Source of the DNA: Dehalococcoidia bacterium
GTDB taxonomy: Bacteria; Chloroflexota; Dehalococcoidia; DSTF01; WHTK01
DNA: 64,000 bases
Assembly: GCA_050185685.1 (NCBI GenBank)
Contig: JBFWZE010000001.1
Location: 2,421 to 66,420, forward strand
Direction of reading: 5' to 3'
Shown piece by piece: positions 49,435 through 59,319 of the stretch. The translations under genes were made by a program, and so were the position numbers. Under the pieces are notes generated by a model. It ran no database searches. It was not told the origin of the DNA and saw only the letters and a list, made by a program, of their open reading frames with translations. Position 1 is the stretch's first letter. Every line of letters begins with the position of its first letter.

Positions 49435-51138
49435 CTAGCCCTGCTTGAGCCACATGTCGAGCCAGTATGACGGCGCGACGGTGGTCTGTTCGAAGTTCTG
49501 CGTCCTGCCGCTCAGCAGGGTGTTCGTGTTGGCGGTCAGGATCTGGTACGAGGACGTGAACTTCTGAATGCAGAGCATCTGCACCTGCTTCACGAGCTTC
49601 ACGTTCTCCTCGAAGTTGGTGGTTTCTTCCGACTTCTCGATGAGCTTGTCGATCTCGGAGTCGTGCAGGGCGAACCGGCGGTAGACGTCCGACCAGCCGG
49701 CGCTGTGCTGGTTACGCAGCGCCTGCCCCGGTGTGTCGCTGCCGGGCGAGCTCTGCACCATCAGCACCCAGTTGTTGTCCGACCAGCGCTGGAAGAGGTC
49801 GGCGCCAATCACGTTCGAGATGCTGATCTTGATGCCGGCGCGTGAGAGCTGCTGCTTCCAGACCTGCGCCGCGGCGTCGTTCGTGCCAGATGCCAGGCTG
49901 CCCATGCAGTCGAACTCCTTGCTCGTGTCGAAGTTCGCGGCGGAGAGGAGCTGCGTCGCCTTCTGGACGTCTTCCTTGTAGTACTGCTCGACGTCGCTGT
50001 TCTGGAGCTGGTACGCCTTCAGGCCCGCGGGCAGCACGCCCACCGGCAGCACCCCGAGCGAGTCCACCGCGAGATCGAGCATTTGCTGGCGGTTCGTCAG
50101 ACGCCAGAACGCTTCGCGCACCCTGACGTCTGTCTGCCAGGGGTAGTTGCGTTCCATGTTCATGTGCCAGAAGAAGTTCTCGAGCCCGGGAAGGCTGATC
50201 AGTCGAGCCTTGTCGCCCATGTCCTTCGGGATCGTCTTGACCTGCGTCGGCGTTGCCAGGCCCCAGCGGTCGATCTGGCCGCCTCGGAAGGCTGCCTCCT
50301 GGGCTGCGTTGTCGGGCAGTACCTTCGCCTGACGCTCGGCGATGTAGGGGAGACCCTTCGAAGCTTCGCGGAACTTGTCGAACTTCTTGTAGATGTAGCT
50401 CAGACCCAGCTGTGAGCTCTCCAAGTAGTAGGGGCCGGTGCCAATCTGCTTTCCCGTGTCGAGGCCGTCGAAGGTCTCTGGCGCCATGATCGGCTGGCCG
50501 GTGCCGCTGCCGAGCATGTTCTGGCTGTAGAGGTAGGCGTTCGGCTTCTTCAGCTTGTAGGTCACCGTCCGGTCATCGGCTGACTCGGCGCGGTCGAGGA
50601 ACTGCCCCTGGAAGACCTTGTCGAACGCCTGGGGCAGATCGCTGATGTACTTCTGACTGGCGACGATGTCAGAGCCCTTGAGTGCCCGGCCGTTGACCGG
50701 GGCGAAGTTGTGGAAGACCTGGTTCGCCTTCAGCTTCATGACGACGGTCATCGCGTCCGGCGTCTCGATGCTCTCCATCGCTTCGAGGACGTAGCGGCGC
50801 TCGTCTTCGCGCGAGGTCAGCGGGCGGTCGAACACGTGGGCGCCGCCGAGCCAGGTTCCTTCGCTCCAGTTCGAGACCGGGTTGAAGTTGGCGCTCGTCG
50901 GCCAGGTCCAGACGAAGGTCCCGCCGGGCTGCGGCGTACCGCTGCTCGGTGAAAAGCTGCCGCGCTGCTGCGTGGAGGCCGGTGTGCCGCCGCCGGCGCT
51001 GCCACCATTTCCGCCGCCTTCATCGTCGTCATTGCTGCAGGCCGCGAGGACAGCAGCGAGCCCCGCGCCCGCCGCCATGCCGAGCGTGCGCCGTCGAGTG
51101 AGCCGATCTTGCATGATGCGGTCCCAATAGGAGCTCAT
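49435..51138 (-). CDS. Tat-exported solute-binding lipoprotein, ABC transporter SBP family 5 (peptide/opine/nickel type)
   Basis: Twin-arginine signal [22 protein letters not shown] with a lipobox. About 540-aa mature cluster C SBP fold. AGGAGAGAGGG ribosome-binding site. Confidence 0.8.
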   Translation of the reverse strand: MSSYWDRIMQDRLTRRRTLGMAAGAGLAAVLAACSNDDDEGGGNGGSAGGGTPASTQQRGSFSPSSGTPQPGGTFVWTWPTSANFNPVSNWSEGTWLGGAHVFDRPLTSREDERRYVLEAMESIETPDAMTVVMKLKANQVFHNFAPVNGRALKGSDIVASQKYISDLPQAFDKVFQGQFLDRAESADDRTVTYKLKKPNAYLYSQNMLGSGTGQPIMAPETFDGLDTGKQIGTGPYYLESSQLGLSYIYKKFDKFREASKGLPYIAERQAKVLPDNAAQEAAFRGGQIDRWGLATPTQVKTIPKDMGDKARLISLPGLENFFWHMNMERNYPWQTDVRVREAFWRLTNRQQMLDLAVDSLGVLPVGVLPAGLKAYQLQNSDVEQYYKEDVQKATQLLSAANFDTSKEFDCMGSLASGTNDAAAQVWKQQLSRAGIKISISNVIGADLFQRWSDNNWVLMVQSSPGSDTPGQALRNQHSAGWSDVYRRFALHDSEIDKLIEKSEETTNFEENVKLVKQVQMLCIQKFTSSYQILTANTNTLLSGRTQNFEQTTVAPSYWLDMWLKQG

Positions 51139-51245
51139 TCCCTCTCTCCTGTCGTTCCCTGCGTGCCTCGAGATGGTTTCTTGAGCGCACGAGCCATTTG
51201 CATATGAAGTAATTGAATTTGTGTAGCTGATGAGTTATTTCCCGA

Positions 51246-51279
51246 GGAAAGTACACCTCTTACTTTCCTAGTCACTAGG
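51246..51279. promoter_or_regulatory. Two adjacent perfect palindromes in the SBP/marR divergent promoter region (candidate MarR operators)
   Basis: ggaaagta-cacctct-tactttcc is an 8-bp inverted repeat, and cctagtcactagg is a 13-bp palindrome. The intergenic region is AT-rich relative to the genome and lies 55-85 nt upstream of the marR ATG. Confidence 0.45.
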
Positions 51280-51332
51280 GGCGGCCGGAAAGTTTGTAAA
51301 ATCAGAGGGACGACGCAAAAGGAGCGGCAGGA

Positions 51333-51911
51333 ATGGCATCAGACAGCCATCGGGCAACAGAAGTGTTCAACGAGGTACCGCTCGAACGGCAGCACGCCTG
51401 GATGGTGTTTCTCCAGGCCTACAAGGTCGTGATCGACGAGGTCGAGGATGTGCTCGATGGCGCCGCCGACCTCACGCTGCCCGAGTTCGAGGTGCTCGCC
51501 TGGCTGTACTACCGCGAGGACCGGCGCATGCGGATGCAGGACGTCGCTGAGATGCTGCTCCTGAGCAAGGGCCGCGTCAGCCGCCTGATCGCCGGGCTCG
51601 AATCCGACGGTTGTGTACGGCGCGAGGTGTTCGATGCCGACCGCCGCGGGGTCTTCGCCGTGATCACCGATAAGGGCGCGGCGTTGTTCGAGAAAGCGGC
51701 GACGGTGTTCGTCAACGCGTACAACCGGACGTTCTCCCGGCATCTCTCGGACGAGGACGTTGTTCAGATCAACGGGCTGATGGAGAAAATCGTCGTCGGC
51801 AACGGGCGCATCGCGTTCATTCGCCCCTGCGACGACATCGACCTTGCGCGTACCACTGGTGTCGCGGCTTCCGCAGGCTCCTGGTTGCGAGCCGATAACG
51901 AGGCACTCTAG
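51333..51911 (+). CDS. MarR-family transcriptional regulator
   Basis: Winged-helix core LTLPEFEVLAWLYY...RMQDVAEMLLLSKGRVSRLIAGLESDGCVRR. AAAAGGAG ribosome-binding site. Confidence 0.8.
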   Translation: MASDSHRATEVFNEVPLERQHAWMVFLQAYKVVIDEVEDVLDGAADLTLPEFEVLAWLYYREDRRMRMQDVAEMLLLSKGRVSRLIAGLESDGCVRREVFDADRRGVFAVITDKGAALFEKAATVFVNAYNRTFSRHLSDEDVVQINGLMEKIVVGNGRIAFIRPCDDIDLARTTGVAASAGSWLRADNEAL

Positions 51912-52591
51912 ACCGCGCCGCGCACTCCGACCTCGTCGAGGTGCTCGAGGAGGTCTGACGGGTCGTCGTAGACCCGGTAGGCGCCGGCGACCTCGAGCTC
52001 ACTGCGGCCGTAACCGCCGGAGAGCAGTCCAACGCTGAGCGCCCGGGCCCGCCGCGCCGCCAGGAGGTCCCAGACGCTGTCGCCGACGACCACCGAGCCT
52101 TCGATGTCGACGCCGAGGCGCTGTGCCGCGGCAAGGAAGAGGTCCGGGTCCGGCTTCGCGTGGGCGACCTCGGTGCGTGTGATGATCGGCGTCTCGGCCG
52201 GAAGCTCGAGCAAGTCGAGGACGGGCTGGGCGACTTCTCGGCGTCCGCTGGTCGCGATTGCCCACGGCACACCGTAGGCGGTCAGCGTATGCAGGAGCTC
52301 ACGCGCGCCGGGGAGCGGCCGCACCTGCGGCAGCATGCGGGCGTAGGCCTCGGTGTGGATCTGGTGAATGCGGGCGACTTCTTCGCTGTTCACGGGCCGG
52401 CCTGTCTCCCGCAGCAGCGCGTTCACCAGCAGACCGCCACTCATGCCGATGCGGCGATGGATGCGCCACACCGCGAGCTGGATGTCCACGCTCTCGAGGG
52501 CTTCGCGCCAGGCGAGGACATGCTGGTACACGCTGTCGACCAGGGTGCCGTCGAGGTCGAAGAGGAATGCGGGGCCGTTGTCCGCTGCCAT
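51908..52591 (-). CDS. HAD-superfamily hydrolase (beta-phosphoglucomutase/phosphatase-like)
   Basis: Motif I FLFDLDGTLVDS, motif II ATSG, and motif IV VGDSVWD. The ATG at 52591 is preferred over the longer ORF. Confidence 0.75.
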   Translation of the reverse strand: MAADNGPAFLFDLDGTLVDSVYQHVLAWREALESVDIQLAVWRIHRRIGMSGGLLVNALLRETGRPVNSEEVARIHQIHTEAYARMLPQVRPLPGARELLHTLTAYGVPWAIATSGRREVAQPVLDLLELPAETPIITRTEVAHAKPDPDLFLAAAQRLGVDIEGSVVVGDSVWDLLAARRARALSVGLLSGGYGRSELEVAGAYRVYDDPSDLLEHLDEVGVRGAV

Positions 52592-52769
52592 CGAGTACCG
52601 CCGAATGCTTCGTGTCGTGATCTCATGTTGGGCGCCACAGACTTGTGCTGCCAAGCATCGCGGCCGCGGCGCCTTGCAGGAGCATGCCAATACCGGCCGT
52701 GTGAGAAAGAAGAAAGGGCCGCGAATCGAAACCCGCGGCCCTTCTTGCTGTTGAGCGTCGCTGCGCGCG

Positions 52770-53618
52770 TTAGTGGGTCGAGATGAAGAGGTCGACGAGC
52801 TTGTTGAACTCGTCGGCGTGCTCGATCTGGGCCCAGTGGCCGCAGTGGTTGAAGACCACCAGGGTGGAGTTCGGCAGCATGCTCAGGAGGCGGATGCTGC
52901 CCTCCATCGGCACGGTGCGGTCGTCGCGTCCCTGGATGATCAGAGCCGGGGTGGTGACCTTCATCAGCTGCTCGGTGAGCGAGGCCGGGAAGCCACCGTC
53001 CGCGGGCTTCATCCAGTTCGTCAGGTGGGTGCGGTTCTTCAGCGCGGCGTCGGAGCGCGCCTTGACCAGCTCGTCCGTGACGAAGGAGCTGTCGTAGACC
53101 ATGACGCGGACCAGCTTGCGGAAGTTCTCCGGCGACGGGTCGGCGTACGTCTCACGCAGGACCTGCATGCCTTCGCTCCAGCCACCGACCTGGAAGCCGT
53201 TCGGGCCCGGGGCGGGAGCGCCCATCGTGATGAAGTGGGAGATGCGGTCCGGGTAGTCGACGGCGAACTGCTCGACGCACATACCGCCCATCGAGTTGCC
53301 GACGAGGGCTGCCTTCTCGAGGCCGAGCTCATCCATCAGCTGAACGACGGCGCGGGCGTTTGCCTTGGTGCGCGGCTCCGTGGTGGGGTCGAACTCGCTG
53401 GAGTCGCCCCAGCCGGGGAACGTCATCGCGATTGCGCGGTACTTCTCGGAGAGAGGGCCAATGTTCGGGTAGAAGTTGCTCCAGCCCGTGGCGCCGGCGC
53501 CGGTGCCGTGGAGCATGATTACCGGGTGTCCCTGCCCGGCCTCGTAGTACTCAATCGTGAAGTCTTTAGTCTTTACGAGCTTCTTGGTGCTCTCTGCCGT
53601 AATCGGAGCAGCGGTCAA
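52770..53618 (-). CDS. Meta-cleavage product (C-C bond) hydrolase, BphD/TodF/MhpC family
   Basis: Alpha/beta-hydrolase fold with GNSMGG nucleophile, HG oxyanion motif, and C-terminal HCGHWAQ. AGGAGGAA ribosome-binding site before a TTG start at 53618. Confidence 0.85.
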   Translation of the reverse strand: MTAAPITAESTKKLVKTKDFTIEYYEAGQGHPVIMLHGTGAGATGWSNFYPNIGPLSEKYRAIAMTFPGWGDSSEFDPTTEPRTKANARAVVQLMDELGLEKAALVGNSMGGMCVEQFAVDYPDRISHFITMGAPAPGPNGFQVGGWSEGMQVLRETYADPSPENFRKLVRVMVYDSSFVTDELVKARSDAALKNRTHLTNWMKPADGGFPASLTEQLMKVTTPALIIQGRDDRTVPMEGSIRLLSMLPNSTLVVFNHCGHWAQIEHADEFNKLVDLFISTH

Positions 53619-53790
53619 TTGATTCCTCCTGAGGTGAAACAACGCGGGGGAGCTTCAGAGTTATAGCATTTCTTTGAGCACTACGACCGATTGACCGCTA
53701 CTGCGACCTCCCAAAGTCTTCTCAATGTCGCTAAGATGGCCTCGCCTCGATATGAGGCACGTCCCGCGCAACTCATTGGAGGAAGGTCTC

Positions 53791-54732
53791 ATGGGAGTAA
53801 CGCAACTCGGTTACCTCGGCATTGGCGTCAGCGACCTTGACGCGTGGAGCGACTACGTCACCAACGTCCTGGGCCTCGAAATTGCCCAGCGCGAGGAGGA
53901 TGGCTCGATGCGCCTGCGCATGGACCAGTACTCCTACCGCTTCATTCTGCACCCGAGTGGTGAGGACGACCTTGTCTTCACGGGCTGGGAGGTCAAGGAC
54001 GAAGAGAACCTTCGCGACGTCGCCGCTACCCTGCGCGCGAACGGCGTCGAGGTCACCGAGGGCACGCCGGACGATCTGCGCGCCCGCAACGTCATCGGAC
54101 TGATCAAGTTCACCGACCCGGCGGGCCTCGCGACCGAGGTCTTCTACGGCCCGTACCTCGACAAGGTGCGGCCGTTCAACTCGCCGCGCGGCATCACCGG
54201 CTTTGAGACCGGCAACAACGGCAACATGGGCCTCGGCCACATCGTCGTCGGCGTGCCGGACCTCGGCGAATGCATGCACTTCTACCGTGACCTCCTCGGC
54301 TTGAAGATCAGCGACTACATCGACCTCAGCTTCGGCCCGATGGAGATGCGCGTCGCCTTCTTCCACGCGAACGAGCGCCACCACTCGATTGCCTTCGGCG
54401 GGCCGCTCAACCCCGGTGCCGGTCCGGCGACCCTCGGCGGCGCCGGCCGCAAGCGCCTCAACCACTTCATGCTCGAGCTGAAGTCGATCGACGACGTCGG
54501 CATCACCTACGACATGATCAACGAGAAGGGCATCAGCGCCGGCAAGCTCGGCCGCCACACCAACGACCACATGTTCAGCTTCTACATGCAGACGCCCTCC
54601 GGGTTTAACGTCGAGTACGGCTGGGGCGGCCGCCACGTCGACGACAACGACTGGCAGGTGCAGTACTACAAGGACGCAAGCATCTGGGGCCACGGCTTCG
54701 CGCCGCCGCCGAAGGACCCGGTCACTGCCTAG
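53791..54732 (+). CDS. Type I extradiol ring-cleavage dioxygenase (catechol 2,3-dioxygenase/2,3-dihydroxybiphenyl 1,2-dioxygenase-like, VOC fold)
   Basis: GGAGGAAGG ribosome-binding site. MGVTQLGYLGIGVSDLDAW...LGHIVVGVPDL...HHSIAF...HFMLE, with two VOC modules and the Fe ligands His, His and Glu. Confidence 0.85.
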   Translation: MGVTQLGYLGIGVSDLDAWSDYVTNVLGLEIAQREEDGSMRLRMDQYSYRFILHPSGEDDLVFTGWEVKDEENLRDVAATLRANGVEVTEGTPDDLRARNVIGLIKFTDPAGLATEVFYGPYLDKVRPFNSPRGITGFETGNNGNMGLGHIVVGVPDLGECMHFYRDLLGLKISDYIDLSFGPMEMRVAFFHANERHHSIAFGGPLNPGAGPATLGGAGRKRLNHFMLELKSIDDVGITYDMINEKGISAGKLGRHTNDHMFSFYMQTPSGFNVEYGWGGRHVDDNDWQVQYYKDASIWGHGFAPPPKDPVTA

Positions 54733-54752
54733 CACTCGCGTCTAGTCTCTCG

Positions 54753-54792
54753 AACAAGCGCGCCCGGTTATCCCGAGGCGCGCTTGTTTACG
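54753..54792 (+). terminator. Terminator hairpin after the extradiol dioxygenase gene
   Basis: aacaagcgcgcc-(12 nt)-ggcgcgcttgtt, a 12-bp perfect stem, then ta. Confidence 0.55.
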
Positions 54793-54892
54793 AGTTCCTT
54801 ACTTCATCTAATCGCTGCTCAGGAGCAGGAGGAGTACACTCGACATGCATGTCCGGCGCATACCGTAACGGCGGGCTAGGATAGTCGAGTTT

Positions 54893-57019
54893 ATGAGTCC
54901 AACAGACGGCGATACCCCGGACGAGACAAAAGCAAGCGGTACTGGCAGCAACGGCACGGGTGAACCCCGGATCGTGCGTGTCAGCCGCCAGCGAGGCGAG
55001 AACCAGGAAACCTCCCCGATCGAACCGGAGCTGAATCCGACGATCCGGGGTAGCAAGCCCGGCACGCGCTTCGTCCGGATCACACGTAACCCCAAGCTCC
55101 GTCGCGTCCGTGCCGGCGAGTACGAAGCGACCCGAGAGGTCCTGGCCGCCGACACGAAGCTCGGACGTTTCTGGGACAAGACGCGCGGAATCCTGATCGG
55201 TAAGCCGCTCGCCAGCTCTGAGCTGAGCCACGAGCGACTGAGCAAGACCAAAGCGCTCGCCATCTTCTCCTCGGACAACCTGTCTTCATCCGCCTATGCG
55301 ACGGAGGAGATCCTCCTTATCCTCGTCCTGGCCGGCACCGGTGCGCTGGTCTACTCGATCGAGATTGCCCTCGCGATCGGCGTCCTCGCGGCGATTGTTG
55401 CCACGTCGTACCGGCAGACGATCAAGGCGTACCCCAACGGTGGCGGCGCCTACATCGTCGCGAAAGAGAACCTCGGCGTTGCGTCGAGCCTGATTGCCGG
55501 CTCTGCCCTGTTCGTCGACTACATTCTGACCGTGGCGGTATCGACCGCTGCCGGCGTCGCTGCAGTCACATCGGCCTTCCCTGAGGTCTACGACTACAAA
55601 ATCGAGCTGGCGGTCTTCTTCGTCGCGCTGCTGACGCTGGGAAACCTCCGCGGCGTACGTGAGTCCGGCACCATCTTCGCGATCCCGACCTACTTCTTCC
55701 TCTTCACCTTTGCCGGGATGATTGGCTTCGGCCTCTTCCGCGTCTTCGTCCTCGGCGACGAGCTGCATGCAACCCACGACGAGGCACCCCTCGCCGTCGC
55801 CAGCCTCGGCCCGATTCTGCTGCTGCGGGCGTTCTCCTCAGGTGCTTCCGCGCTGACCGGTATCGAGGCGATTGCGAACGGTGTGCCCTACTTCAAGCCG
55901 CCGGAGGCAAAGAACGCCGCTACCACCCTCGTATGGATGGCAGTGCTCCTCTGCTCATTCTTCATCGGCATCACCGTGCTCGCCCACGAAATCGAGGTCA
56001 TCCCCTCGCACGACAAGACGGTTGTGGCGCAGGTAGCCGAGGCGGTCTTCGGCGAGGGCAACATCCTCTTCTACATGGTGCAGGCTGCGACCGCCCTGAT
56101 CCTGATCCTCGCGGCAAATACCTGCTTCTCCGGTCTGCCGACGGCCGCGTCTGTGATGGCGCGCGACAAAGTCATGCCGAGCCAGTTCGCGTTCCGCGGT
56201 GACCGCCTGGGTTACTCGAACGGTATCCTCGTCGTCGGTGTCCTCTCGTCAGTCCTGCTCGTGATCTTCAGCGCCGACACCCACAAGCTAATCCCGCTGT
56301 ACGCCGTTGGTGTGTTCACCGCCTTCACGTTCTCGCAGGCAGGCATGGTGGTCCACTGGCGACGTAACCGTGAGCCCGGCTGGCGCGGGGCGATGATCGT
56401 CAACGGCGTCGGCGCCGTGGCCACGGGTGTGGTCGCCGTAATCATCGGGGCGACGAAGTTTGTCGACGGCGCCTGGCTGTCGATGCTCTTCATGGGCTTG
56501 CTTGCCCTGATCCTGTACGGCATCAAGAACCACTACGAAGATGCCCAGCGTCAGCTCGGCTACGGACTCGACAGCGATGGCGGCGTCGCGGAGCAGTTCT
56601 ACTTCGCCTCGGCGGGCCGCCCTCAGACCGTCGTCGTCCCGGTTGAGACGATCGACCGCTCAGTGCTGCGCACGATTGCCTACGCGCGTACGCTCTCGGA
56701 GAACGCCGTGGCGATCCACGTCACCGACGAGCGCGAGAACGCCGAGGAGCTGCGCAGGGCCTGGGATGACAACATTCCGGACGTGCCGCTGGTGATCGTG
56801 GAATCGCCATACCGTTCTCTCATCGAGCCGATCATGGCCTACATCGAGGGCATGGACCGGACGCAGCCGAACCACATGGTGACGGTCGTCCTGCCGGAGT
56901 TCCTCACGAAGCGCTCCTGGCAGCGCATCCTCCACAACCAGCTCGCCTCGAAGCTCAAGAAGGAGCTCATGGACCGCCCGAACACGGTCGTCGTCGAGGT
57001 CCCCTTCCACTTCCACTAG
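54893..57019 (+). CDS. APC-superfamily amino-acid/polyamine permease with a C-terminal cytoplasmic domain of about 170 aa
   Basis: 12 predicted transmembrane segments with GGAYIVAKENLG-type APC motifs. The C-terminal soluble domain (VVVPVETIDRSVLRTIAYARTL...VIVESPYRSL) is alpha/beta, universal-stress-protein-like. Confidence 0.8.
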   Translation: MSPTDGDTPDETKASGTGSNGTGEPRIVRVSRQRGENQETSPIEPELNPTIRGSKPGTRFVRITRNPKLRRVRAGEYEATREVLAADTKLGRFWDKTRGILIGKPLASSELSHERLSKTKALAIFSSDNLSSSAYATEEILLILVLAGTGALVYSIEIALAIGVLAAIVATSYRQTIKAYPNGGGAYIVAKENLGVASSLIAGSALFVDYILTVAVSTAAGVAAVTSAFPEVYDYKIELAVFFVALLTLGNLRGVRESGTIFAIPTYFFLFTFAGMIGFGLFRVFVLGDELHATHDEAPLAVASLGPILLLRAFSSGASALTGIEAIANGVPYFKPPEAKNAATTLVWMAVLLCSFFIGITVLAHEIEVIPSHDKTVVAQVAEAVFGEGNILFYMVQAATALILILAANTCFSGLPTAASVMARDKVMPSQFAFRGDRLGYSNGILVVGVLSSVLLVIFSADTHKLIPLYAVGVFTAFTFSQAGMVVHWRRNREPGWRGAMIVNGVGAVATGVVAVIIGATKFVDGAWLSMLFMGLLALILYGIKNHYEDAQRQLGYGLDSDGGVAEQFYFASAGRPQTVVVPVETIDRSVLRTIAYARTLSENAVAIHVTDERENAEELRRAWDDNIPDVPLVIVESPYRSLIEPIMAYIEGMDRTQPNHMVTVVLPEFLTKRSWQRILHNQLASKLKKELMDRPNTVVVEVPFHFH

Positions 57020-57105
57020 GAGTCGCCCGCGCGAATATCGGTATCGATAGCTGAAGGCTAGCCGTTTGTCAGCCCTTGGCGCATGCTCGCTGGTAGCCTT
57101 CAATC

Positions 57106-58389
57106 ATGAATCGTCGCGTAGTCCTGATCGCATCGATCTGCGCCCTCACCGTGCTTCTCGTGGCCTGCAGGAGCGATATCGACGAGCCCGAGGGCACATC
57201 GCCGACCGCCGAGGCGGAGCTGACAGCGACCTCGCATCGGGTAGTCGTAGCTACGGCAACGCCCGCGCCACTGGCGCCTGCGGGCATCGCACTCTTCGAC
57301 GTCCGCAGCGGCAGCCGATCGATGATCCCCGCCACGCAGCCGCAGGCCAGCGCGGAATTTGGTCCCGGCGATTTGATCACCGTCTTTGACGCACCTGCAC
57401 TCAAAACGTACGACTTCGGCGGCCGTGAAGTCACGCCGCCCGTGGTGAACGCGCACACCTTTACCTGTGAGGTCATCAACGGCTCGGCGGTGGTCATCGG
57501 CCTCACTTACCCGGGCGTCCCGAGCTGTGGTCCAGGCGTGTCGCCTGATATCAGTGGCACATGGATGCTCTATTCCGTACCTGCGGCCGATGTCAGCATG
57601 GACGGCCGGACCTTTTCTACCTGGGACCAATGGGTGCTCAACCGCCACACTGATGAACGGCGGCTCCTGCAGAGCGGCCTCGTCCACTGCGGCGGCTGCG
57701 ACGGGCGCTTCGGGCCGCTGTGGTCGCACGACGGCCGTTTCGTGGTGTTCTCGGAGTTGGTGCAGCAGGGCCGCATCTTCCTCAGCGACCTGGAGGGCGG
57801 GACGACACGTCTGCTCTCCCGTGGCTCCACTGAGAGCAGCGTCCGCCCGAGCTGGACGCCAGACAACCGCCTCGTCCATCGCGCTTCCAGCGGCGAGGCG
57901 GTACTCGAAGACGCTGTTTCCGGTTCGAGAATGACGCTGACGGCGCTCCGCTGGCCTGCCTGTCTCGACTCATCCGGCAGCTACATCGTTGGAACTTCTG
58001 CGGGAGGCAGCAACGTCTCGGTCTATTCCGTTGTGGAGCAGCGCGTCGTCGCCACGCTCGCCGGCACCTTTGAGACCAACGGCAACGGCTACCCGATGCC
58101 TTGCCCGGAGCCGCCGCCGGTGCAGCGCCAGAATGACACCTTCGTCACCGTCCTCGCCGGCGCGACCGACTGCCCCGGTGTAGCGATCTATCGAGAGTCG
58201 GCCCGTGTGGCCTGCATCGACCTGCCTATCGCGGGCGCCGGAGTGAAGGAGAACCTGCGCCAAGATGCCCGCACCGTGCTGTCCAGCAACGGCAAAGCGG
58301 TTGCAATTGCGCGCCTCACGGAGTTGGCGGCCCGGTACCCTGCACGCCAGGGCAGCCACCCTGCAACGCCGCGACGGTTGAGGCGCTGA
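57106..58389 (+). CDS. Lipoprotein, beta-propeller-like (TolB/PD40-like blades). It probably continues to 58579 after a frameshift.
   Basis: Lipobox LTVLLVAC. After the stop at 58389, the +2 frame continues with protein-like sequence TVEALNRARPGTPFAPEHTYEVLIVDATTGLTRTLATGLKGPTPPALTFNADGSHLLVRWPFETFSWP until 58579, and has no start codon of its own. Confidence 0.6.
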   Translation: MNRRVVLIASICALTVLLVACRSDIDEPEGTSPTAEAELTATSHRVVVATATPAPLAPAGIALFDVRSGSRSMIPATQPQASAEFGPGDLITVFDAPALKTYDFGGREVTPPVVNAHTFTCEVINGSAVVIGLTYPGVPSCGPGVSPDISGTWMLYSVPAADVSMDGRTFSTWDQWVLNRHTDERRLLQSGLVHCGGCDGRFGPLWSHDGRFVVFSELVQQGRIFLSDLEGGTTRLLSRGSTESSVRPSWTPDNRLVHRASSGEAVLEDAVSGSRMTLTALRWPACLDSSGSYIVGTSAGGSNVSVYSVVEQRVVATLAGTFETNGNGYPMPCPEPPPVQRQNDTFVTVLAGATDCPGVAIYRESARVACIDLPIAGAGVKENLRQDARTVLSSNGKAVAIARLTELAARYPARQGSHPATPRRLRR

Positions 58390-58584
58390 ACCGAGCCCGC
58401 CCCGGTACTCCGTTTGCGCCGGAGCATACTTATGAGGTCCTCATCGTCGATGCGACCACGGGATTGACGCGGACGCTGGCGACAGGGCTAAAGGGCCCAA
58501 CGCCGCCAGCGCTGACCTTCAACGCCGACGGTAGCCACCTGCTGGTGCGCTGGCCATTCGAGACTTTCAGCTGGCCATGAGTTC

Positions 58585-59319
58585 CTACAGCTTCGTCTTC
58601 TTGAAGACGCGCTCGGGGACGCTGCGGATGATTTGCATGATCGGCGCCCAGAACCACGGCACGTATACGACGTCCTCGCCCTTGAGCATCGCCTCGTAGA
58701 TACGGCGACCGACCTTGTCGGGCTTCGCCATCAGCGGGCCCTTCTTCACGTGCACCGTCATCGGCGTGTCGACGAAGCCGGGCTTGATCGTGACGACGGA
58801 GACGCCGACCTTGCTCAGGCGGGCGCGCAGGCCGCTTGTGAACGCGGTGACCGCGGCCTTCGCCGAGCCGTAGACGTAGTTGCTGCCGCGGCCGCGCTCG
58901 CCGGCGACCGACGAAATGACGCAGATGCAGCCGCCGCGCTTCTGCTCGAAGTAGTTGCCGAGGATCGTCAGCAGCGACATCCAGCTCAGGGCGTTCGTGT
59001 TCATCTGGCGCAGCATCTCGTTGACGTCCGCCTCCGACTTCGGCTGGTCGCCGAGGGTGCCGTAGGCGAGGAGGACGGCATCGAGGCCGCCGAACTTCTC
59101 TGCTGCCTCGGTGATCAACGATTCGTGAGTGCTGAGGTCGGCGAGGTCGGCGACGATCGACGCTACCTGGTGAGCGCCGCGCACTTTCAGGTCATCGCCG
59201 ACCTGGGTGAGGCGCTCGGCGTTGCGGCCGACGAGGATGAGGTCAGCGCCGTCGCCGGCGAAGCATTTTGCGGTTTCCTGAGCAATCGCCGAGGTGGCGC
59301 CAAGGATGAGGATCTTCAA
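58585..59319 (-). CDS. dprE2: DprE2-like short-chain dehydrogenase (decaprenylphospho-2-keto-ribose reductase homolog)
   Basis: TTG start overlaps the dprE1 stop (TTGA). ILILGATSAIAQ Rossmann motif, and SSVAGERGRGSNYVYGSAKAA and the C-terminal VYVPWFWAPIMQIIRSVPERVFKK closely parallel Rv3791. Confidence 0.75.
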   Translation of the reverse strand: MKILILGATSAIAQETAKCFAGDGADLILVGRNAERLTQVGDDLKVRGAHQVASIVADLADLSTHESLITEAAEKFGGLDAVLLAYGTLGDQPKSEADVNEMLRQMNTNALSWMSLLTILGNYFEQKRGGCICVISSVAGERGRGSNYVYGSAKAAVTAFTSGLRARLSKVGVSVVTIKPGFVDTPMTVHVKKGPLMAKPDKVGRRIYEAMLKGEDVVYVPWFWAPIMQIIRSVPERVFKKTKL

